From Octopus sinensis (Eukaryota), in assembly GCF_006345805.1 (NCBI RefSeq), contig NW_021826609.1, positions 1 through 12,288 on the forward strand: DNA of 12,288 nucleotides, in the 5' to 3' direction. The notes below the pieces were generated by a model, which saw nothing but the letters and a program-made list of their open reading frames with translations, searched no databases and had not been told where the DNA came from. Shown piece by piece: positions 1-7,985 of the stretch; within the stretch, counting starts at the first letter, position 1; the number at the start of each line of letters is the position of its first letter. A program made the position numbers and the translations under genes.

Positions 1-53
1 GCAGCCTGGCACGCTTTTGACCAGGTGTAAGACGTGTCAATCACCAAGCAGAA

Positions 54-210
54 ACAAATCGGACCCAGGACTTATTCATTGCAAGCCTAGTACTTATTCT
101 GTCGGTCTCTTTTGTCGAACCATTAAGTGACGGGAACGTAAACACAGCAGCATCGGATGTCAAGCTATGGAGCGGGGAACAAGCACAAATACACAAATAC
201 ATATACACAC

Positions 211-213
<3 letters not shown>
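54..213 (-). mobile_element. 3' half of a tRNA-derived SINE (family with central microsatellite), fragment
   Basis: 61-185 (cttattc..gcaagcctagtacttattctgtcggtctcttttgtcgaac..cgtaaacac..catcgg..tcaagc.atgg..ggg..aca) aligns with 9670-9800 in this window. It runs into a (CA)n tract just as that copy runs into (TACA)n. Confidence 0.8.
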
Positions 214-246
<33 letters not shown>

Positions 247-393
247 ACATACACACAACACACACAACACAACACACACACAACACACACACACAACACA
301 CACACACAACCCCACACACAACACACACACACAACACACAACACACACACACACAACACACACACACACACACACACACACAGCACACACACA

Positions 394-431
<38 letters not shown>
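214..431. repeat. Interrupted (CA)n microsatellite
   Basis: About 220 bp of CA dinucleotides with occasional AA/CC interruptions. Confidence 0.97.
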
Positions 432-433
<2 letters not shown>

Positions 434-1349
434 GACATGACATCTGCATCCTCGTTGCACAAGAAAAGCCATTGGCAAGAAGACTTACTGAAATGATTCA
501 TGATGCCTTTATATGACTTAAAAACCCGGCCAAGCTTTTACACATTTTATTACACACTAGTCAATTGTGCTGGCTGGCAGAAGAAACAGGTGCCACCATA
601 TGCACTCTCTAAACATGTCTTTTTAAACCTCCAACTGAGATGCACACCCTTCCACTTTTTACACATCTTCTGTTGTGAATTTTAATAGCTTCATCATTGT
701 TTATCATGGGTAGATTTCTTTGAGAATTTTGATGGCTCACCAGGTCTGCACGAGTCAAGCACCTCCGCCCACAAATCACACACAAAAAGCAACACTCTCT
801 CACTCTCCACAGGTTCTCCGTTCTAAACCCCCTCCTAATTCTCTCTTACTTCACTCTCTCCCTCTCAAACCTTGAACAACCATCATGCACTATCTTCCTC
901 CATCCATCATAGTCTTGTGCCTCCCTCTCCCAATTACCAGCTACAATTCATGTCTTTATTAGAGCATTTTTAAAGCAATCCTTAAACCTTAGTTTAGGCT
1001 TATGCGATGGTCTCCTGCCATCTTTCAGCTCACCATACAATAGCTGCTTGGGCAGTCGCTCATCACTCATCCTTACCAAAGGCCTCCCCTCACCTTAAAC
1101 GTCTTTGCAAAATCATTAACTACTGTCACTCCTCTCAAGCACCTCTATATTACTAATGGCCATTTTCCAGTATATTCTCCCAATTTTTCTCAGTATTGAT
1201 GAAATCGTTCCAACTGCCTTACCTGCCTACGGTAAACAACCCATGCCTCACTCCCATATAGCAAAGATGGGAGGACGCATGTGTTATATACCTTAACTTT
1301 AATTTTTGAAGATATATTATGTTGATTCCACAGACGCCTATCAAAAGCA
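432..1349 (-). mobile_element. 5'-truncated, decayed RTE-clade non-LTR retrotransposon (ORF C-terminus plus short 3' UTR)
   Basis: Manual minus-strand translation gives AFDRRLWNQHNISSKIKVKVYNTCVLPSLLYGSEAWVVYRRQVRQLERFHQ, then after a frameshift LVRMSDERLPKQLLYGELKDGRRPSHKPKLRFKDCFKNAL and NWEREAQDYDGWRKIV. These match the post-RT motifs of RTE LINEs (LLYGxExW; RLPKxxLYGEL; RYKD). There are internal stops and frameshifts. The 3' end ...gatgtcatgtcat abuts the (TG)n tract. Confidence 0.92.
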
Positions 1350-1407
1350 CTACTACTACTACTAGTATATATATATATTATATATATATAATATATATAT
1401 ATATATA
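1350..1407. repeat. (CTA)4 plus (TA)n microsatellite
   Basis: ctactactactacta followed by TA repeats. Confidence 0.9.
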
Positions 1408-1628
1408 ATTACTTTTCTACTCTAGGCACAAGGCCCGAAATTTTAGGGGGAAAGAGTCAGTCGAGTAAATCGATCGCAGTACGCAACTGGTACTTAATTT
1501 ATCGACCCCGAAAGGATGAAAGACAAAGTCGACCTCGGCGGAATTTGAACTCAGAACACGTAATGGCAGACGAAATAGTTCTAAGCATGACGAAATAGTT
1601 CTGGCGTGCTAACGATTCAGCCAGCTCG

Positions 1629-1632
<4 letters not shown>
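1408..1632 (-). mobile_element. tRNA-derived SINE, monomer (head + core + tail A)
   Basis: B-box GAGTTCAAATTCC on the minus strand (1540-1552). Core gtcgactttg.ctttcatcctttcggggtcgataaattaagtaccag. Tail ...gggccttgtgcctagagtagaaaag. Highly similar to 9155-9555. Confidence 0.9.
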
Positions 1633-1675
<43 letters not shown>

Positions 1676-1696
1676 TATATATATATATACACACAC
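1633..1696. repeat. (AC)n/(AT)n microsatellite
   Basis: About 19 AC units followed by AT units. Confidence 0.95.
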
Positions 1697-1763
1697 AGAT
1701 TTATGTGTAGTCAATTAGTCAATGGTCGAATGTGTGTGTGTGCACGTGCTTGTATTTGTAGCG

Positions 1764-2091
1764 GGTGAGGGCGCGTGGCTTAGTGGTTAGGGCATTCGGC
1801 TCATGATCGTAAGGTTGTGAGTTCGATTCCCGGCGACGCGTTGTGTCCTTGAGCAAGACACTTTATTTCACGTTGCTCCAGTCCACTCAGCTAGCAAAAG
1901 TGAGTTGTACTTGTATTTCAAAGGGTCAGCCTTGTCACTCTCTGTGTCACACTGATTATCCCCGAGAACTACGTTAAGGGTACACGTGTCTGTGGAATGC
2001 TCAGCCATTTGCACGTTAATTTCACGAGCAAGCTGTTCCGTTGATCGTATCAGCTGGGACCCTCGTCGTCGTAACCGGCGGAGTCTTTTTT
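1764..2091 (+). mobile_element. Full-length tRNA-derived SINE
   Basis: A-box TGGCTTAGTGG (1776-1786) and B-box GTTCGATTCCC (1821-1831). These are followed by a central domain tgtgtccttgagcaagacactt...ccactcagct, typical of metazoan conserved-domain SINEs, and a T6 tract at 2086-2091. Confidence 0.88.
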
Positions 2092-2204
2092 AAGAATTTG
2101 TAGCGGATATGCATGTGGTCATGCACTGTCTAATGTTGAGGTGTGTCTAAGGAAGTTCCATGATGCCTGGATTTCTGTTAGATGTCTTTGATGTGGTGGA
2201 TGAT

Positions 2205-2282
2205 TTGTGTGTGTCTCTGTGTGTGTTGTGTGCATGTATGTGTGTGTGTGTGTGTGGTGTGTGTGTGTGTGTGTGCGTGCGC
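2205..2282. repeat. (TG)n microsatellite
   Basis: Visible TG repeats with interruptions. Confidence 0.95.
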
Positions 2283-2289
2283 GCATCTC

Positions 2290-3478
2290 GCAGAAAGATT
2301 TAGAAGTGTGTGTTGTGAACTGAGGCATAAACGTGTGGATCTGAAAATTAAAACATTGCTCTTTCTGTAAAAGCTGTCTTTGACGGATCTACTGCGCAAG
2401 GCGCAGCCAAACATTCTAAGATGTCTTGTTGAATGGTCCGGAGAGCGGAAATGGTGAGAGATGGAGGTTTAGTTCATGCGTTGGGTGTGAACATAGTGTT
2501 TTTTTTTTTTTTAATTGGTCAAGTAAACAGTGGAGTTTCACGAATGTACAAGGAATACAGAAAGAACTTTTCTGAAGCTAAATGACGCCTGTGGAGATAC
2601 ACACGAAGGAATAAAAATGTGGGAAGTCCAATGGCTGGGTTGTAGTATTGGTGAGGAGCGTACATGTGTTGCAAATATAGAAGGGCATGATTAGTGTTAT
2701 GGATGTAAAAAGCAAATAAAGGTGATAAGGTGGGGTCCGCAGGGCAGTCATACGTGAGAGCATAGGAAAATCTGGGATGTCGGGTCTTTGAATTTTGTGG
2801 AAAGAACTAGATGTTAGTGATGCAAGGTATTTGGAGAATGTGGTTAGTGGCAGTGGAGAGTAAAAGGAAGAAACGTATTCTACAAGCTGTTTGTAGCTGG
2901 GCGTGGTGTTGGAGGGCAGATTGAAAGAAGATGTTGTAGTGAAGCTGTCGGGGGGTCTTGGTCCTGCAGGGGTTGACGCACCGTTTTACCACAACTACGT
3001 CTTTCTTTGGCGGTTTTATAGCAATATCTTACCCGCTTCGGAAGTTGTGGAGTGGTGAGACTCCAGCCCAGATGAAGGGCGTTGAGAACATTTTTAAAAG
3101 TGAAATATCTTTTCTGTGGTGTTGCATGCGTTGACAAACAAATTCAGGGTGTGGAACAGGCCGAGGGAAGCATTCATTTAAATGGACGGCGACACTAGTC
3201 CGAGAATCAAACCTGATTTTGTGGGGACTTGCGGAGTACTTTGGGAAAAGGAGTACAATGTTTGCTGCAGCGAATGAACTGCCTGAAGATGGTGCAAGTT
3301 CAAAATTTATCCGAGAAAAGTATAAGTATGAGGCTGTCACCGTGCAACTGGGGAGCTAGCATTCAGCTTCGGTGAGAAGGAAGTCATGTGGCATAGTTTC
3401 AATTGTGTGTGTGGCCATTGAGAGCATGTGTGCGTTGGGGGAGGGCGTGGATTGTCGGGGATATAATCAGGGCTGTGG
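2290..3478 (-). mobile_element. Decayed Penelope-like retroelement (PLE) reverse transcriptase fragment
   Basis: Minus-strand motifs occur in PLE order across frameshifts. GLFHTLNLFVNAC; LHNFRSG*DIAIKPPKKDVVVVKR..RQLHYNIFF (IKP at 3011-3019; cf. DIVIKPADKGGAVVV..RQL). LLSTATNHILQIP; KIQRPDIP (2773-2796; cf. KIHKPDxPGRP). CPA..LSPL..YIHNTNHAL (2681-2707; cf. SYIxDTNHAL). The catalytic YxDD region was not seen. Boundaries are approximate and the element may continue to about 2100 beyond the TG tract. Confidence 0.72.
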
Positions 3479-3788
3479 GAGTGATATAAATAGGACTGAG
3501 TGTATGTACACACCACACATACACACACACACACATTTATGTATATATCTGTATAAAAAATACGTATAAGTATATATGTATGTGTGCATGTATTTGAGAT
3601 GGTTAGTCGCATGTCCTGATCTAAGGCTTTCTAGCCGTGACTATCCAGTCTTGTTTCTACGTCTAAGAAACCCAGCATTTTATTATGCAACGTTTTCATT
3701 GCTAAGAGGATAAAATGTGATTTTAAGGAGGTTTAGCTGTTACTTCTAGTAGATCGAATAGCCACGAAGATTCCCCCTCGTTGATCCA

Positions 3789-3936
3789 TGTACGTATATA
3801 TGTGTGTATGTGTATATTTGTGTGGCGTGCGTATATGTGTGTGTGTACATGTGTATATGTGTATGCATATATATGAGTGTATATGCGTGTACATGCGCGT
3901 ATATGTGTGTGTATATATGTGTGTGTATGTGTGTGC
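3789..3936. repeat. Mixed (TG)/(TA) microsatellite
   Basis: Purine-pyrimidine alternating tract. Confidence 0.9.
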
Positions 3937-4094
3937 GTTTAATCGAAATATTTCATTAGATACCCCTACAGACATACGTTACAGTCGGTAGCGCTGCACC
4001 GGTGGTTAATCATATCTTCCAGGAATGCACCAGCAGAACACCAAACTCTGTCTGCCATCAAAGCTGATGCCTTTCTTTATTCTTACGACGCAAT

Positions 4095-4206
4095 AATCGA
4101 TAAGAAATTCCAATTGATAAGATAGTCTAATTGAAAATAGCAGCTAATTGATAAGATACGCTCTTGCGATAAGACATGGCAATTGATAAATGCACCAACT
4201 GATACA
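4095..4206 (+). repeat. Degenerate ~17-bp tandem array carrying GATA motifs
   Basis: The G of GATAA-like motifs falls at 4099, 4116, 4133 (GAAAA variant), 4150, 4168, 4185 and 4201 (GATAC), giving spacings of 17,17,17,18,17,16. Shared core aattGATAAg. Confidence 0.75.
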
Positions 4207-4255
4207 ATGCTTTAATTCATTGGAATCATGTAAGAAGAGACGGTTTACATCAGCT

Positions 4256-4340
4256 CGTGTGTGTGTGTGTGTGTGTGTCTAAATGTGAGTATGTGTATAT
4301 GTGCATGTGTGTGTGTGTGTGTGTAAGCGTGTGTGTGTGT
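4256..4340. repeat. (TG)n microsatellite
   Basis: Visible TG repeats. Confidence 0.95.
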
Positions 4341-4571
4341 TTTTGTAAGACGTGACAAATTATGTAGATTTAGCTTCATGACAGACATTCGCTTGAAAAC
4401 AAAGTTTCTTTTATTTTCTAAAACAGCAGAATCTAAATAATGATTCTTTAATCTCCAGGTTATTCCATGTTTCCAAAAATCCTGGAAGTCTTCGCTTCTT
4501 GTAATATAGAATTATTTTATCTCCACTATGAGCTATTTTGTCAATATTATGTAAGGAATATTAACTGAAGC

Positions 4572-4876
4572 GGAGGCGCAATGGCCCAGTGGTTATGGCA
4601 GCGGACTGGCGGTCGAAGGATCGCAGTTTCGATTCCCAGACCGGGCTTTGTGTGTGTTTATTGAGCGAAAACACCTAAAGCTCCATGAGGCTCCGGTAGG
4701 GGGTGGTGGCGATCCCTGCTGTACTCTTTCGCTACAACTTTCTCTGTTTCTTCTGTTGGCCTGATCGCTTAGCCAGCGGGGTGGCGTCACTTGAAGGCTA
4801 AAACAATGTGAAGCGCATTGTGACCAGCGATGTGTAGCAGCATCTGATTGCCTGGTCGGTCACGGTCATCACGGTC
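4572..4876 (+). mobile_element. Full-length tRNA-derived SINE with 14-bp target-site duplication
   Basis: A-box TGGCCCAGTGG (4582-4592) and B-box-like GTTTCGATTCCC (4626-4637). The 3' tail is (cacggtcat)2. Perfect flanking direct repeat ATATTAACTGAAGC at 4558-4571 and 4877-4890. Confidence 0.92.
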
Positions 4877-5062
4877 ATATTAACTGAAGCACCGTATTTG
4901 CAGCGTTCAAAGACAACATTTTAATGAATCTCAATAATTAGCTGCTGTCTTCGAGCAACGTAGTTAAACCTATTAGGCACAAAAACTCAATCCACCAAAG
5001 AAACATTTGACGGAAGCTTTTGATCCTTTCCCGCTTTTATTAACGAGAAAATATAATAAGTT

Positions 5063-5337
5063 TTCTGTTGTGTCTGGGGAGAGTCATTCACTTTTAGTGC
5101 CTTATTATTTAACACACACACCGGTAAAATTTCCACTCATTTACTTATTTATTTTTCTGAAATTTCCATTGCGTCTTGCAATGATTCTTGGCTCTGTCCG
5201 TTATTCAAGCTATTGAAAAGGTTGACAAGACGCAACGAAAATTTTGGAAAAATAAATAAATGAGTGGAAACTTTACCAGTGAGTGTGTCAAATAATAAGG
5301 CACCAAAAGAGAATGACTTGCCCCAGACACAACAGAA
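5063..5337. repeat. Long imperfect inverted repeat (~116-bp arms, ~44-bp spacer), probably transposon-derived
   Basis: 5063-5179 (ttctgttgtgtctgggg.agtcattc.ctttt.gtgccttattattt.acacac..ac.ggtaaa.tttccactcattta...ttgcgtcttg) is the reverse complement of 5224-5337, with scattered mismatches. Confidence 0.9.
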
Positions 5338-5669
5338 TATGCTTCAACACACGAACTCACATAAAGAATCTTGCAAACCAAATCCCAAAACATAAGGTTT
5401 ACAGTTATGTAATTCTTTTTCCCGATGGTGTTTAAAGTTTAAAAACGTTCAAATACCATATTAATTTTATTCAACATGGCAGCTTGTTCCCCCCTGTTGC
5501 AGCTTTTATGGCTTCCTTATAAGGAAATCTGTCTAACTTACTCTGACAAAACACAGTCTGAAAGGATGAAGGACATAATCTTTCGTCAGCCAATTCCACT
5601 CTCAGAGGCGATTTATCTCTTTTAGAATTATTGAGTTTCTGTGCTGTAAAACTGTAAAAAATACCACTA

Positions 5670-6202
5670 ATGGTGGTGGTGGTGGTGACGGCGATGGTTA
5701 TGGTGGTGGAGGTGATGGACGTGGTGATGGTGATAGAGATGGTGGTGAAGGTGGGGATAATGGTGGTGATGACAGTGGAGATAGGAGTGGTGGTAGTGGT
5801 GGTGGTAATGGTGTGGTGACGCTGGTGATGGTAATGGTGGCGGAGGTGGGGATAATGGTGTGATGGTGGGGAGATAGTGGTGGTAGTGGAAGTGGTACTG
5901 GTGGTGGTGATGGTTGTGGTGGTGATGGTTGTGGTGACGCTGGTGATGAAGATGGTGGTGGTGGTGACAGCGGCGGTTACGGTGATAGTGGTGGTGATGG
6001 TGGTAGTGGTGATAGTGATAGTGGTAGTAGTGGTGATGGTGGTGGCGGCGGTGGTGGTGATGCTGGTGATGAAGATGGTGGTGGTGGTGGTGACAGCGGT
6101 GGTTCCGGTGATGGACATGATGACGGTGCTGGTGATGGCGATGGTGATTAGTGGTAGAGGTGGCCATGGTGGTGGTGATGGTGGTGATGGTGGTGAGGAA
6201 TG
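5670..6202. repeat. (GGT/GAT/GTA)n trinucleotide low-complexity tract
   Basis: Degenerate GGT-based repeats. An internal block gctggtgatgaagatggtggtggtggtgacagcgg recurs at 5939 and 6062 (123-bp period). Confidence 0.93.
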
Positions 6203-6660
6203 AAGGTGTTATATTCAAACCACTCACGGGGACTCTTTATGAATCGACAAAACAATATTATTTAAATTAAAACAGCAGCAAGCACGGTTTGCCGTCACGC
6301 ATCGCTTATTTCCTTTTTACCTTAGTTTCCTCCAAACGGTTTCTCCTCCCTCCGCCCCGCCGCTCCTCTTTCAACACCTGCCGCCAAGCATGTGTTACAA
6401 CTAACAACAAAGAGCTTGTAACCATTCACTGTTACTATTCACTTACTTTCAATGGGGGAGGGCTGACGACAACACAAACAGCCACCGACGTAAATAAAAG
6501 AAACAGTTACGCCACGGCAAGTAGCTAAATATGAGGGCGTTGGAAGATAATTAACGTAGTGAGCCGAGGTATTTCAATTAATTATGATTACATCCGTATT
6601 GTGAAGGAAAACAATTAAAGCTGGTCAAGATAGGGGAGACTGCACCCAAACTTAAATTAA

Positions 6661-7022
6661 AATAAGAGCACTCAGAGAGCGTAAACTTCCGTCAAGGCAA
6701 CACTAACGTCCTCTCAACGATTAGCCGGAGATGATTTTTTAAATGAGAATATCTGAAATAAACTCGACCGTTCTCACAAACGAGAATGCTAAAAATGAAC
6801 CCGACCGCTCTCAAAGATTTAGTTAAAAAAACAAGAAAAATGGTCCAGAATTCTTGTTCTATACCAGATCGATCTCAAAATCAAATCAGTTTATGCCAGT
6901 CATCAGGCCAAACATTCCTGAAAGTTTCATCCAAATCCATTCAGCAGTTCTTAGGATATCATGTCCACGGACAAACAGACGTGACTGAAAACAATACCTC
7001 TGCGATCTCTAAGGCGGAAGTA
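6661..7022 (+). mobile_element. Non-autonomous Helentron/Helitron-associated element (HINE/DINE-1-like), copy 1
   Basis: Starts aataagagcactcagagagcgtaaacttccg and ends in the imperfect hairpin acctctgc..gcggaagta. It aligns along its full length with copy 2 at a 361-bp offset. The family assignment rests on the subterminal inverted repeat plus 3' stem-loop architecture. Confidence 0.75.
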
Positions 7023-7383
7023 ACAAGACCACTCAGAGAGCGCAAACCTCCGCCAAGGCAACACCAACGTCTTCTCAACGATTAGTCAGAGATGAGTTTC
7101 AAAATGAAAATATCTGAAATAAACTCGACTGCTTTCACAAACAAGAATACTAAAAATGAACCTGATCGCTCTCAAAAATTAAAGTAAAAAACCCGGAAAA
7201 TAATTGAGAATCCTTGTCTGGTATCGAATCGATCCCAAAATCTAATCAGTCCGTGCCAGTCATGAGGCCAAACATCTCTGAAAGTTTCATCCGAATCCGT
7301 CCAGCAGTTCTTGAGATATCATGTCCATGGACAAACAAACACGACTGAGAGCAACACCTCCGTCTTCTCTGAGGCGGAGGTAA
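7023..7383 (+). mobile_element. Non-autonomous Helentron/Helitron-associated element (HINE/DINE-1-like), copy 2
   Basis: The 5' subterminal ACCTCCGCC (7046-7054) is the reverse complement of the 3' GGCGGAGGT (7373-7381). 3' stem-loop acctccg (7356-7362)/cggaggt (7375-7381). No TSD; A-rich flanks. Confidence 0.78.
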
Positions 7384-7534
7384 TAATGAAAAAGAAAAAG
7401 AAAAAAACTAAAATAAATAGAATACTATGTTCTAATGTAAGTGTGGAATGACTCTGGGTGTGTTTCAGTCTTGTTAAACCTCATCATCAGAGAAGTGTAG
7501 CGCAACCATTACTATCAGGTGTTAGATGCATATA

Positions 7535-7567
7535 TGCATGCGCATATATATATATATATATATATAT
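7535..7567. repeat. (TA)n microsatellite
   Basis: Visible TA repeats. Confidence 0.9.
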
Positions 7568-7569
7568 TA

Positions 7570-7646
7570 TTTTACTTGTTACAGTCATTTGATTGCAGCC
7601 ATGCTGGAGCACCGCTTTTAGTCAAACAAATCGACACCAGGACTTA
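7570..7646 (-). mobile_element. Isolated 3' tail of the microsatellite-containing SINE family
   Basis: ttttacttgtt.cagtcatttgattgc.gccatgctg..cacc.c.ttt.gtc.aacaaatcgac matches 9606-9670. Truncated at a (TA)n tract. Confidence 0.85.
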
Positions 7647-7647
7647 T

Positions 7648-7706
7648 AATATATGTATATATTATATATACATATATATATATACACACACATATACATA
7701 TATATA

Positions 7707-7777
<71 letters not shown>
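7648..7777. repeat. (TA)n microsatellite
   Basis: Long, near-perfect TA run at about 7715-7777. Confidence 0.95.
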
Positions 7778-7780
<3 letters not shown>

Positions 7781-7985
7781 GTTGTAGTAAAGGTGATTGT
7801 GGAAGTGGTGTTGTGGCTATTGTTGTCTTGTTGTTGTAGTGGTGGTGGTAATGGCGAAGTCGTAGCTGTATTGGTGACTGCTGCGCTAACAGTAGTGGTG
7901 GTAGTGGATGTGATTGTTGTTTTTCTTTTTGGTGTTTGAGGTAGTAAATCAGGTTATTTTTGCAGTTGTTGTAGTGGTGTTTGTG
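7778..7985. repeat. (GTT/GTA/GTG)n low-complexity tract
   Basis: Degenerate GT-N trinucleotide repeats. Confidence 0.8.

Noticed and set aside
41-501. ORFs rich in CV or HT repeats (also 2119-2414, 3733-3991, 8735-9134, 9629-10188, 11295-12110)
   Set aside because: They are translations of CA/TG/TACA microsatellites with no coding signal.
609-803. 64-aa ORF with C2H2-like motifs as a host zinc-finger gene
   Set aside because: It lacks TGEKP linkers and is continuous with decayed RTE coding sequence, so it is part of the LINE.
1764-1835. tRNA gene (also 4572-4640 and 10500-10570)
   Set aside because: A- and B-boxes are present, but cloverleaf pairing is poor and each continues into a SINE body.
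4063-4080. miR-2-like sequence (ccatcaaagctgatg)
   Set aside because: There is only a 5-bp CATCA/TGATG stem, no TATCACAGCC seed and no precursor-length hairpin.
5667-6227. His-rich, Thr-rich and Val-rich ORFs of 108-215 aa
   Set aside because: They are stop-free frames of a GGT/GAT trinucleotide tract, open on both strands.
6786-7085. 99-aa ORF
   Set aside because: It lies across the junction of two non-autonomous repeat copies, and the frame is not preserved in the second copy.
7937-7958. let-7-like TGAGGTAGTA
   Set aside because: The match is only 10 nt inside a GT-rich low-complexity tract, with no complementary star arm.
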